In this document: positions 1-8,399 of the stretch, piece by piece
How the letters are laid out: the number at the start of each line of letters is the position of its first letter
Position numbering within the stretch: the first letter of the stretch is position 1
Source: Clostridiales bacterium
Lineage (GTDB): Bacteria; Bacillota; Clostridia; Lachnospirales; WRAX01
Direction: 5' to 3'
Assembly (NCBI GenBank): GCA_031277155.1
Contig: JAITMW010000139.1
Span: 1 to 38,354 of the forward strand
Length of the DNA: 38,354 nucleotides
Translations under genes and position numbers: made by a program
Notes under the pieces: model-generated
What the model was told of the DNA's origin: nothing
Seen by the model: the letters and a program-made list of their open reading frames with translations, nothing else
The model's database searches: none

Positions 1-2520
1 ATTTATGACTATCTGCGGCTGTTGTTTGCCCGGGTGGGCATACCCCATTGCCCCAAATGCGGGCGGGAGATTACAAAGCAGACCGTGGACCAAATTGTTG
101 ACCAAATTATGGAATTGGACGACGGCACGCGTTTGCAAGTGCTGGCGCCGGTGGTGCGGGCGCGCAAAGGCGAGCATACCAAGCTGCTGGAAGACGCCAA
201 GCGCAGCGGATATACCCGCGTGCGCGTAAACGGCACTGTGATGGAGCTTGCCGAGGAAATTAAGCTTGACAAAAACAAGCGGCACAGCATTGAAATTGTG
301 GTGGACAGGCTTGTGGTGAAAGAGGGCGTGCAAAAGCGGCTTTCGGAATCCATTGAGACCGTGATGGGCCTTACCGACGGCATTTTGCTTGTGGACGCAA
401 ATGGCACAGACATCAGCTTTTCGCAGAATTTTTCCTGTCCCGACCATGGCATATCCCTGCCGGATATAGAGCCGCGCATGTTTTCATTTAACAATCCCCA
501 AGGAGCCTGTCCCGAATGCAGCGGCCTGGGCTTTAAGATGGAATTTGACCCCGACCTTATTGTGCCAAACCCCGACCTTTCCATATCCCAAGGCGCAATT
601 GTGGCCCCCGGCTTTAATCAGGCCGGCAACACGGGCACATGGGGCGGCAATATCGTAGTGCATTTGGCGAAGCATTATGGCTTTAGCCTGACCACGCCCT
701 TTAAAAAGCTGGGGCTGGAGACGCGGCGCATCATCCTTTACGGTAATGAGGGCGAGGCCTTTCCCATTAACTATACCGACCAGCGGGGCCAATCGCGAAT
801 TTATATGCACCACTTCGAGGGCATTATTCCTTCGCTGGCGCGCCGCTATAAAGAGACGGGCAGCGAGTGGAGCAAGCAGCAATATGAAGGCTTTATCACC
901 AATATCGAGTGCGACGCCTGCCGGGGGCGCCGTCTGCGTGAGGAAATGCTGGCGGTGACGGTGGGCGGCGTAAATATCGCCGACATAGCCGCCATGCCCG
1001 TTGTAGGCCTAAACAAATTTTTTGAAGATTTGCGGCTTTCGCCCATGCACACCACCATTGCGGAGCGCATCCTTAAAGAAATCAAGGCGCGGGCGGGGTT
1101 TTTGGTGGATGTGGGGCTGGATTATCTCACATTGGCACGCTCTGCCGGCACGCTGTCCGGCGGCGAGGCCCAGCGCATACGCCTGGCCACGCAGATTGGC
1201 AGCGGCCTTGTGGGCGTCGTCTATATTTTGGACGAGCCCAGCATCGGCCTGCACCAGCGCGACAACGACAAGCTGTTAAAGACCCTGAAGCACCTGCGTG
1301 ATTTGGGAAACACACTGATTGTGGTGGAACATGACGAGGACACCATGCGCCAATCCGACCATATCGTCGACATTGGCCCCGGCGCCGGTGTATATGGCGG
1401 CGAGGTGGTATATTCCGGCGGCATTGAGGGGATTCTTAGCAACAAAGATTCCATAACGGGCCAGTATATGAGCGGCGCGAAAAAAATCGAAATACCCAAG
1501 GCCAGACGCAAGGAAAACGGCAAATGCCTGAGGATACGGGGCGCCTGGGAGAATAATCTCAAGGGTATTGATATCGAGCTGCCTCTGGGGATTTTCGTCT
1601 GCGTGACGGGCGTGTCCGGCAGTGGAAAATCCAGTCTGATTAATGAGATTTTGTATAAGCGGCTGGCGCGGGATTTAAATCGCGCGAAAATTAAGCCCGG
1701 CAAGCATGACGACATCAAAGGGCAGGAGCATCTGGATAAAATCATCAACATAGACCAAAGCCCCATCGGGCGCACGCCGCGAAGCAATCCCGCTACATAT
1801 ACGGGGCTGTTTGACCTTGTGCGGGACCTGTTTGCCGCCACGCCCGAGGCCAAAGTGCGCGGCTATCAAAAGGGGCGCTTTAGCTTTAATGTCAAAGGCG
1901 GGCGATGCGAGGCCTGCAACGGCGACGGCATGATAAAAATCGAGATGCACTTTTTGCCGGATATTCATGTTACCTGCGAAATTTGCCACGGCAAGCGATA
2001 TAACCGCGAGACGCTGGAAGTGCGATATAAAGGCAAAACTATTGCGGATGTGCTGGATATGACGGTGTATGAAGCGCTGAAATTCTTTGAAAATTTGCCG
2101 CGCCTGCGCGAGAAAATACAAACATTGCATGATGTGGGGCTTTCGTATGTGCGGCTTGGGCAATCTTCCACCACGCTGTCCGGCGGCGAGGCCCAGCGGG
2201 TGAAGCTGGCCACAGAGCTTTCCCGCCGCAACACGGGCAAGACCATATATGTGCTGGACGAGCCAACGACGGGCCTGCATATGGCGGATGTGCATAAGCT
2301 GGTGGATATCTTGCAAAAGCTGTGTGATGGCGGCAACACCGTTGTTGTGATTGAGCATAATCTGGATGTGATTAAAACCTCGGATTATATCATAGACCTT
2401 GGCCCCGAAGGCGGCGATATGGGCGGCGGCGTTGTGGCCTGCGGCACGCCGGAAGAAGTGGCCGACAACAAAAATTCTTATACGGGGCAGTACTTAAAAA
2501 AGGCGCTGAAACGGACGTGA
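1..2520 (+). CDS. uvrA: Excinuclease ABC subunit A (UvrA); N-terminus cut off by the window edge
   Basis: Frame 1 is open from nt 1 ([21 protein letters not shown]...). About 839 aa with two ABC modules (LSGGEAQR signature twice, GVSGSGKSS Walker A) and CxxC zinc modules typical of UvrA. Stop TGA at 2518-2520. Confidence 0.95.
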   Translation: MYDYLRLLFARVGIPHCPKCGREITKQTVDQIVDQIMELDDGTRLQVLAPVVRARKGEHTKLLEDAKRSGYTRVRVNGTVMELAEEIKLDKNKRHSIEIVVDRLVVKEGVQKRLSESIETVMGLTDGILLVDANGTDISFSQNFSCPDHGISLPDIEPRMFSFNNPQGACPECSGLGFKMEFDPDLIVPNPDLSISQGAIVAPGFNQAGNTGTWGGNIVVHLAKHYGFSLTTPFKKLGLETRRIILYGNEGEAFPINYTDQRGQSRIYMHHFEGIIPSLARRYKETGSEWSKQQYEGFITNIECDACRGRRLREEMLAVTVGGVNIADIAAMPVVGLNKFFEDLRLSPMHTTIAERILKEIKARAGFLVDVGLDYLTLARSAGTLSGGEAQRIRLATQIGSGLVGVVYILDEPSIGLHQRDNDKLLKTLKHLRDLGNTLIVVEHDEDTMRQSDHIVDIGPGAGVYGGEVVYSGGIEGILSNKDSITGQYMSGAKKIEIPKARRKENGKCLRIRGAWENNLKGIDIELPLGIFVCVTGVSGSGKSSLINEILYKRLARDLNRAKIKPGKHDDIKGQEHLDKIINIDQSPIGRTPRSNPATYTGLFDLVRDLFAATPEAKVRGYQKGRFSFNVKGGRCEACNGDGMIKIEMHFLPDIHVTCEICHGKRYNRETLEVRYKGKTIADVLDMTVYEALKFFENLPRLREKIQTLHDVGLSYVRLGQSSTTLSGGEAQRVKLATELSRRNTGKTIYVLDEPTTGLHMADVHKLVDILQKLCDGGNTVVVIEHNLDVIKTSDYIIDLGPEGGDMGGGVVACGTPEEVADNKNSYTGQYLKKALKRT

Positions 2521-2525
2521 CCCGT

Positions 2526-2550
2526 GTAGGGGCGGCCTTTGGCCGCCCGC
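2526..2550 (+). repeat. GC-rich hairpin motif GTAGGGGCGGCC-TTT-GGCCGCCCGC just after the uvrA stop (copy 1 of 2)
   Basis: 8-bp stem GGGCGGCC/GGCCGCCC read directly. There is no U-tract, so it is not a canonical intrinsic terminator. The same 11-mer GTAGGGGCGGC and 9-mer GCCGCCCGC recur at 3479-3527. Confidence 0.6.
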
Positions 2551-2565
2551 CGTAAGGAGAATCGC

Positions 2566-2685
2566 ATGTGGGAATTTATTATAGACCTGATAGATTTATT
2601 TTGGCCAAACAAGCTGAAGAAAAAGCCAAAAGAGGGCGAAGTTGGCGGCCCGCTTTCCTTTTTGCTCAGAAAAAGAAAAATGTGA
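2566..2685 (+). CDS. Possible 39-aa small protein (MWEFIIDLIDLFWPNKLKKKPKEGEVGGPLSFLLRKRKM), too short for the ORF track
   Basis: ATG at 2566 is preceded by AAGGAG (2554-2559) at 6-nt spacing. Stop TGA at 2683-2685. I recognise no homologue and the ORF is short. Confidence 0.3.
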   Translation: MWEFIIDLIDLFWPNKLKKKPKEGEVGGPLSFLLRKRKM

Positions 2686-2701
2686 TGACGATTGCTCAAC
2701 A

Positions 2702-2801
2702 GGGGATGCAGGGTAAACCCTGCTAAAGTAACGACTACAAGTCGGCAGCTGGCAAAATGGTTTTAACCGTTACTTTAGTCGGGTTTACCCGACACATCCC
2801 C
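2702..2801 (+). other. 100-nt imperfect palindrome that can fold as a four-way junction, upstream of alaX
   Basis: P1 is GGGGATG (2702-2708) with CATCCCC (2795-2801). P2 is the hairpin CAGGG-TAAA-CCCTG (2709-2722). P3 is CTAAAGTAACG (2723-2733) with CGTTACTTTAG (2768-2778) and a 34-nt loop. P4 is the hairpin TCGGG-TTTA-CCCGA (2779-2792). Confidence 0.5.
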
Positions 2802-2831
2802 CCCAAAATCATTTTTAAGGAGATGCGTGTT

Positions 2832-3482
2832 ATGAAAACCAAACCCCTATACCTAAACGACTGCTATATCCACCAATTTCAGGCCGATATCACAGAAATC
2901 GGCGATGATTTCATTGTGCTGAATGAAACCTATTTTTATTCCAGAGGCGGCGGACAGCCCGGCGATACAGGCGATATCGCGGGTATTGTGATAACCGACA
3001 CAAAAAGGGATGGCGACGGCAAAATCCTTCACTATTTTGAAGGGGACTGCAATCTTTCCTCGGGGCAATCCGTGCAATGCCATATAGACTGGCCGCGCCG
3101 CTACGCCCATATGCGCATACACAGCGCCTCCCATATTGTGGAATATTTCCTGTTTCGGCACAGCGACAACCAAAAATTCCTAAGCTCTTTTATCTCGGGC
3201 GGCAAGGAAACAAGCACCTATGAAGTGACGGCGGCCATAACCCCGGAGATTGTCGAAAAAATCCAGCATGACGCAAATGCCTTTATCAAAGGCAATCACG
3301 ACATATTACTTTATCCCGATGAAAACAATCCGGATTATCGCTATTGTAAAATCGGGGATATCGTATACCCCTGCGGCGGCACCCATCCCAAAAATACCTC
3401 TGAAATCGGAGAAATCTCAATCAAAGTCAAAGGCCAGGCCGCCCTGGGCAAGCAAAAAATTGTTACAACATTGATGCCGTAG
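2832..3482 (+). CDS. alaX: AlaX-type alanyl-tRNA editing protein (Ala/Thr-tRNA synthetase second additional domain family)
   Basis: Zinc-site motifs HSASH and CGGTH, plus the N-terminal FYSRGGGQPGDTG motif of AlaRS-like editing proteins. I chose ATG 2832 (M26 of ORF 2757..3482) because AGGAG lies 8 nt upstream and 2757 sits inside the palindromic element. Confidence 0.85.
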   Translation: MKTKPLYLNDCYIHQFQADITEIGDDFIVLNETYFYSRGGGQPGDTGDIAGIVITDTKRDGDGKILHYFEGDCNLSSGQSVQCHIDWPRRYAHMRIHSASHIVEYFLFRHSDNQKFLSSFISGGKETSTYEVTAAITPEIVEKIQHDANAFIKGNHDILLYPDENNPDYRYCKIGDIVYPCGGTHPKNTSEIGEISIKVKGQAALGKQKIVTTLMP

Positions 3483-3527
3483 GGGCGGCGTTCCTTAATC
3501 AAGCTTAGGACAGGCCCTGCCGCCCGC
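3479..3527 (+). repeat. Second copy of the GTAGGGGCGGC...GCCGCCCGC hairpin motif, overlapping the alaX stop
   Basis: GGGCGGC (3483-3489) pairs with GCCGCCC (3519-3525) across a 29-nt loop. It shares the 11-mer and 9-mer with 2526-2550. Confidence 0.5.
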
Positions 3528-3536
3528 ATCTGCCAT

Positions 3537-3565
3537 TTGACTTCTTTGTGTATATGCTGTATAAT
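3537..3565 (+). promoter_or_regulatory. Sigma-A type promoter for the dcd operon: TTGACT-N17-TATAAT
   Basis: TTGACT at 3537-3542, a 17-nt spacer, then TATAAT at 3560-3565. It leaves a leader of about 130 nt before dcd (SD GGGAG 3690-3694, ATG 3702). Confidence 0.6.
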
Positions 3566-3701
3566 ACTTTACACCAAGCCACATTGAGGACTTGCCCACG
3601 GCATATTGATGGATGTTTTGCAATTTGTCAGGGCGATATCTGCTTACCAAGCACAATACGATGCGTCAAATTCATGAAAATAGTGACACGGGAGAAAAAT
3701 T

Positions 3702-4220
3702 ATGATATTATCAGGATTAGAGATTGCAAAAAAGGTGCAAGAGGGCAATGAAATCATCATCCGGCCTTTTGTGCCCGAAAAAGTGGGGCCAAACAGCTAT
3801 GACTTGCATTTGGCCGACACCCTTGTGGTCTATCAAGACGAAATTTTGGATATGAAGAAGCCCGGCGGCACAAAGGAGATTGTCATCCCCAAGGAAGGGC
3901 TGGTTTTGCAGCCGGGCAAGCTATATCTTGGCCGCACGGTTGAATATACGGAAACATATGGCTATGTGCCCATGCTGGAAGGGCGCAGCAGCATGGGGCG
4001 GCTGGGTATTAGCATACATATCACGGCTGGCTTTGGGGATGTGGGATTTAAGGGCTTTTGGACGCTGGAGATACATTGCCTGCATCCCGTGCGCATATAT
4101 GCGGGAGAGCGCGTCTGCCAGATATATTATCACAAAATTGAGGGAGAATATGAGGCATACAAGGGCAAATATCAGGACAACAAGGGCATACAGGCCAGCA
4201 TGAAATATAAGGACGGGTGA
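3702..4220 (+). CDS. dcd: dCTP deaminase (dUTPase-fold)
   Basis: 172 aa. The N-terminus MILSGLEIAKK...IRPF...VGPNSYDLHL and the GRSSMGRLGI motif are typical of Dcd. A good SD is present. Confidence 0.85.
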   Translation: MILSGLEIAKKVQEGNEIIIRPFVPEKVGPNSYDLHLADTLVVYQDEILDMKKPGGTKEIVIPKEGLVLQPGKLYLGRTVEYTETYGYVPMLEGRSSMGRLGISIHITAGFGDVGFKGFWTLEIHCLHPVRIYAGERVCQIYYHKIEGEYEAYKGKYQDNKGIQASMKYKDG

Positions 4221-5542
4221 TTGTAATGATGGGCGATGTGAAATTTGGTAAGGGTGATGCGAAGGTTGGTTTTTTAACCAAAATTGTGGACGCCATAAAC
4301 AAGCTGTATCCCTTCAAGAAAGAAGAGGTGGTAGAGCGCAAAAGCCGCTTTGAGGGCTTTTTACGCCATGGCGAAAAAGAGGGCAAGCATGGCGTGGTGT
4401 CCTGCGTGCGCCTGTGTGACGAGGCGCTGGACATTGTAGCCGACCGCATTATGCTTACAAACCGCATGAATTCACTTAACGAGCGCATGGCCGAGGTGGA
4501 ATGTTACGGCAGGCTGACGGAAGAGGAGGCCACTGATTTAAAAGATATGCTGGCCAGCTATACTTCCCTTGCCAAGGATTCTAACCAGCTGAAATACCAA
4601 GTGACGAGCTTTGACAAAGGCCTGATGCGCATGGAGAGGCTTGAGGAAGAGGCCGAAAATGATTTGCCCGAGATTAAATTCGCAGAAGAGCGCCAGCGCA
4701 TTTTTAAGCAGGACATTGGCTATCTTGAGGGCGAAAAAATGGTGTTGGAACACGAGCGCGAAAGGCTGAAAAACGCCATAGATTTTGTCTATAAATTTTC
4801 CATTGCCATGGTGTTTTTCTTTGGAGGCATGGCTTTGGTGATGGTATATCTTTATATTTTTCAGAATGTGCAGACGATGCTGGTGCTGTCCAGCATGCTT
4901 GTTGTCGTCATCATAATTTCGGCCATGCTTTATGCCCTGCGCAACCGCCTGAGATACGAGCTTCACCTGAATTTTAAAAAACAGGGGCGGGCAGTGGAGC
5001 TGCTTAACAAAAAAAACGCCGTATATGCCCATTTTACGAACTATTTGAATTATGAATACAGAAAATTTCGCGTGCGCAACAGCGAGATGCTGGCCAACAA
5101 CCTCACGGATTTTGGGCATTACAAGCATCTCACAAAGCGGCTGGACAGCTTGCGCAATATCATGTCCCAAACCGAGGCCGCCATCGACTTTTTCCTGAAA
5201 GACAAAGGCATTGACACCAAATTTTCATCCATAGAGAAGTTTGCCGCCACGCTGAACCTGGACGACAAAAAGCAGTTTTATCAAGAGCTTTTCCGCGAGA
5301 AAAACCTGATTGAAAAGAGCCTTGACCGCCTGGATGTGCGCAGCTCTCAAATATGGGACGCCCTGATGAATTTGCGCGCCAATGAAAAGCGGGACCTGGA
5401 CACCATCAATAAAATCATCGAGGAATATGTGGAAAAGGCCGACCGCATCCTCAATGTGGACAGGGCCGAGGGCACAACTGCAATGGATGCGGCCATGAGG
5501 ACTGATATTATTGATGAGGAGCTGGAGCTGGCGGCGGAGTGA
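4217..5542 (+). CDS. Hypothetical coiled-coil protein with two central transmembrane helices
   Basis: GTG 4217 overlaps the dcd stop (GTGA); alternative starts are ATG 4226 and 4229. Long charged helical segments flank the hydrophobic stretch FSIAMVFFFGGMALVMVYLYIF...LVLSSMLVVVIIISAMLYAL. I recognise no family. Confidence 0.6.
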   Translation: MIVMMGDVKFGKGDAKVGFLTKIVDAINKLYPFKKEEVVERKSRFEGFLRHGEKEGKHGVVSCVRLCDEALDIVADRIMLTNRMNSLNERMAEVECYGRLTEEEATDLKDMLASYTSLAKDSNQLKYQVTSFDKGLMRMERLEEEAENDLPEIKFAEERQRIFKQDIGYLEGEKMVLEHERERLKNAIDFVYKFSIAMVFFFGGMALVMVYLYIFQNVQTMLVLSSMLVVVIIISAMLYALRNRLRYELHLNFKKQGRAVELLNKKNAVYAHFTNYLNYEYRKFRVRNSEMLANNLTDFGHYKHLTKRLDSLRNIMSQTEAAIDFFLKDKGIDTKFSSIEKFAATLNLDDKKQFYQELFREKNLIEKSLDRLDVRSSQIWDALMNLRANEKRDLDTINKIIEEYVEKADRILNVDRAEGTTAMDAAMRTDIIDEELELAAE

Positions 5543-5568
5543 TAACAATTTGAATTGAGGGCTTGGAT

Positions 5569-8202
5569 ATGAAAAAAGAACTGGCGACAAGATATGACCC
5601 CAAAAATGTGGAGGACAGGCTTTATGCGGACTGGCTGGCGGCCGGGCATTTTCACGCGCCTGTGGACGAAAGCAGGACGCCCTATACCATAATGATACCG
5701 CCGCCAAATATCACAAGCCAGCTGCATATTGGCCATGCTTTTGAATATACTTTGATTGATATTTTGATACGCACAAAGCGTATGCAGGGCTATAACGCGC
5801 TGTGGATGCCGGGGACGGACCACGCCGCCATCGCCACCGAGGTGAAAATTGTTGAGGAAATGGCGAAAGAGGGCCTGACCAAGGCGGGCCTGGGGCGCGA
5901 GGGCTTTATGAAGCACGCCTGGGCGTGGTATGACAAATATGGTTCTGCCATAATCAACCAGATAAAGAAAATGGGCAGCAGCTGCGATTGGCAGCGCACC
6001 CGCTTTACTATGGACGAGGGTCTGTCGGACGCGGTGCTGGAAGTTTTTGTGCGCCTGTATGAAAAGGGGCTGATTTATCGCGGCGAAAAGCTGATAAATT
6101 GGTGTACCGGATGCGAAACCACAATTTCTGATGCCGAGGTGGAGCATGACGAAAAGCAGGGGAGCTTTTGGCACTTCAGATATCCCATAAAGGATATGGA
6201 TGGCGAATTTGTCACTTTTGCCACCACAAGGCCGGAGACCATGCTGGGGGATGTGGCAATTGCCGTGAATCCCGAGGATGACCGATATGCCCATCTTGTG
6301 GGCAAAACTGCCATAATGCCTGTTTTTGACAGAGAGCTGCCAATTATTGCCGATAGCCATGTTAAAGCGGATTTTGGAACGGGCATGGTGAAAATCACGC
6401 CGGCCCATGATTTTAATGACTTTGAAATTGGCGCGCGGCACAATCTGCCGCTGATTAACATAATGAACGACGATGGCACAATAAATGAAAATGGCGGATG
6501 TTACCAAGGTATGGACAGATATGCCGCCAGAAAGCGCATTATTGCTGAATTTACAGAGCATGGCCTGTTTGTGAAAAAAGAGGATATTACACATTCTGTG
6601 GGCGCCCATGACCGCTGCGGAACCGTGGTGGAGCCTTTAATCAAGATGCAGTGGTTTGTGGCCATGGAGAGGCTGGCCAAACCTGCGCTGGATGCCTATA
6701 TTCAAGGCGATTTGTGCGTGATACCGGCCCGCTTTGGCAAGGTTTACACCCATTGGCTGGAAAATATCAGGGATTGGTGCATATCCCGCCAGCTTTGGTG
6801 GGGGCATCGCATACCGGCGTATTATTGCGACGGTTGCGGCGAAATCACCGTGGCCAAGGCGAAGCCGGGCAGCTGTCCAAAATGCGGCGGCACGAGCCTG
6901 TGTCAAGACGAAGACAGCCTGGATACATGGTTTTCTTCGGCGCTGTGGCCTTTTTCCACACTGGGCTGGCCAAAGCAAACGCCGGAATTAAAATATTTCT
7001 ACCCCACAAATGTGCTGTCTTGCGGATATGAAATTTTGTTTTTCTGGGTTATACGCATGGTTTTTTCGGGCCTTGAATTTATAGGAGAGCTGCCCTTCAA
7101 AGATGTCTTTATCCATGGCATTGTGCGGGACGAGCAGGGCCGCAAAATGAGCAAATCCCTTGGCAACGGAATCGACCCGCTGGAGGTTATTGACAAATAC
7201 GGCGCGGATGCCCTGCGCTTTGCGCTGGCCACGGGCAACACGCCGGGAAACGACCTGCGATATTACAACGAAAAGGTAGAGGCCGCCCGCAACTTCCTTA
7301 ACAAAATTTGGAACAGCGCGCGGTTTATAATGATGAATCTTGATGATGCACCGCCAAATGCTGATAATATCACAGCCGCCGATAAATGGATATTATCTTT
7401 GGCAAACCGCCTCACGGCGGAGGTGACGCAAAATATCGAAAATTACGAGCTGGGCGTGGCCGCCGACAAGGTTTACGGCTTTATGTGGGACGAATTTTGC
7501 GATTGGTATATAGAAATGGCGAAGCCGCGCCTGTATAATTCCGAGGACCCCACCCGAGATGCCGCCCTGTGGACACTGACCCATGTTTTAAACACGGGCT
7601 TAAAGCTGCTGCATCCCTTCATTCCGTTTATTACGGACGAAATTTACACGACTTTGGGCGGCGAGGGCAGCATCATGGTGTCCGATTGGCCAAAATATAA
7701 CGCGCAGCATGATTTTCCCGCCGAAGAGGCCGAAATCGGGCATATCAAAGAGGCCGTGCGGGCCATACGCAATGCCCGCGCCAATATGAATGTGCCGCCG
7801 TCCCGCCGCGCAAAGGTGTTTGTGGTGACTGGGGATGCGGCCCTGGGGCAAATTTTTCGTGGCGGCGAAAAATATATCATGGCCCTGGCCTCGGCCGCCG
7901 AGGTGGCTGTGCAGGCCGACAAGGCGGGCATAGAGGACAACGCCGTGTCCATCGTGGTGCCCGGGGCCGAAATTTTCATGCCTTTTGCCGATTTGGTGGA
8001 CATCGAAAAGGAAAAGGCCAGGCTGGGCAAGGAAATTGAAAGGCTGGAGAAGGAAGTGGGGCGCGTGGCGGCAAAGCTGGCCAATCCCGGATTTGTGGAC
8101 AAAGCACCCGCAAAGGTGGTGCAGGAGGAGCAGGAGAAAGAGCGAAAATATAGGGAAATGTTGGCGGCTGTGGCAGAGCAGCTGCGGGCACTGTCATTCT
8201 GA
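5569..8202 (+). CDS. valS: Valyl-tRNA synthetase
   Basis: Class I aaRS with a HIGH-type motif (PPPNITSQLHIGHAF) and a KMSKS motif (GRKMSKSLGN), plus the C-terminal coiled coil typical of ValRS. ATG 5569 has GAGGG 7 nt upstream; the ORF-track start 5563 is a TTG. Confidence 0.95.
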   Translation: MKKELATRYDPKNVEDRLYADWLAAGHFHAPVDESRTPYTIMIPPPNITSQLHIGHAFEYTLIDILIRTKRMQGYNALWMPGTDHAAIATEVKIVEEMAKEGLTKAGLGREGFMKHAWAWYDKYGSAIINQIKKMGSSCDWQRTRFTMDEGLSDAVLEVFVRLYEKGLIYRGEKLINWCTGCETTISDAEVEHDEKQGSFWHFRYPIKDMDGEFVTFATTRPETMLGDVAIAVNPEDDRYAHLVGKTAIMPVFDRELPIIADSHVKADFGTGMVKITPAHDFNDFEIGARHNLPLINIMNDDGTINENGGCYQGMDRYAARKRIIAEFTEHGLFVKKEDITHSVGAHDRCGTVVEPLIKMQWFVAMERLAKPALDAYIQGDLCVIPARFGKVYTHWLENIRDWCISRQLWWGHRIPAYYCDGCGEITVAKAKPGSCPKCGGTSLCQDEDSLDTWFSSALWPFSTLGWPKQTPELKYFYPTNVLSCGYEILFFWVIRMVFSGLEFIGELPFKDVFIHGIVRDEQGRKMSKSLGNGIDPLEVIDKYGADALRFALATGNTPGNDLRYYNEKVEAARNFLNKIWNSARFIMMNLDDAPPNADNITAADKWILSLANRLTAEVTQNIENYELGVAADKVYGFMWDEFCDWYIEMAKPRLYNSEDPTRDAALWTLTHVLNTGLKLLHPFIPFITDEIYTTLGGEGSIMVSDWPKYNAQHDFPAEEAEIGHIKEAVRAIRNARANMNVPPSRRAKVFVVTGDAALGQIFRGGEKYIMALASAAEVAVQADKAGIEDNAVSIVVPGAEIFMPFADLVDIEKEKARLGKEIERLEKEVGRVAAKLANPGFVDKAPAKVVQEEQEKERKYREMLAAVAEQLRALSF

Positions 8203-8318
8203 GCTTAGCCGGTCTTGGCGGCTCTTGAGTGAAACGAAGAGCCGCTTAGAGCGGCTTGGCGAAGAATCTATAAGTGAGATCTTTTGTGGGGGAGATCCTT
8301 CGCTGCGCTCAGGATGAC
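8193..8318. repeat. Inverted pair of GTCATYCTGAGC...CGAAGRATC elements starting inside the valS stop codon
   Basis: GTCATTCTGAGC (8193-8204) and CGAAGAATC (8260-8268) lie on the plus strand. Their partners GATCCTTCG (8294-8302) and GCTCAGGATGAC (8307-8318) are in inverted orientation. Pairing is 12 bp with one G-U and 9 bp with one A-C mismatch. Internal hairpins sit at 8220-8243 and 8240-8256. Confidence 0.7.
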
Positions 8319-8391
8319 AAAGGAATGACTCAGGATGACGGAGGAATGGCTCAGGATGACAGAGGAATGGCTCAGGATGACGGAGGAAGAT
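8308..8391 (+). repeat. 21-bp tandem repeat x4 (CTCAGGATGAC-nnnGGAATGr)
   Basis: Units at 8308-8328, 8329-8349, 8350-8370 and 8371-8391, read directly. Each starts with the invariant CTCAGGATGAC. Three of the four carry an RGAGGA (SD-like) stretch, and the first three are followed immediately by an ATG. Confidence 0.9.
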
Positions 8392-8399
8392 TCAGCTTG

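Noticed and set aside
2702-2801. Integron attC site or MITE
   Set aside because: There are no RYYYAAC/GTTRRRY outer core sites and no integrase or other cassette context. I could identify no target-site duplication and no second copy in the window. It is kept only as an unexplained structured element.
3702-4220. dCTP deaminase as an anti-phage nucleotide-depletion defence gene
   Set aside because: It is a minimal 172-aa housekeeping-sized Dcd with no extra N-terminal domain. It sits in an operon with valS and folC, with no mobile or defence-island context.
5347-6609. 420-aa minus-strand ORF
   Set aside because: It lies entirely antisense to the unambiguous valS gene. The sequence is low-complexity with no SD and no recognisable motifs, so it is a shadow ORF.
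8308-8391. Possible CRISPR array
   Set aside because: The units are directly tandem 21-mers with no unique spacers between them, and no cas genes are present.
8274-8399. 42-aa N-terminal extension of FolC starting at GTG 8274
   Set aside because: It is a translation of the 21-bp tandem repeat and the inverted element. ATG 8400 with GGAGGA upstream gives a normal FolC N-terminus. The frame compatibility is kept as a finding.
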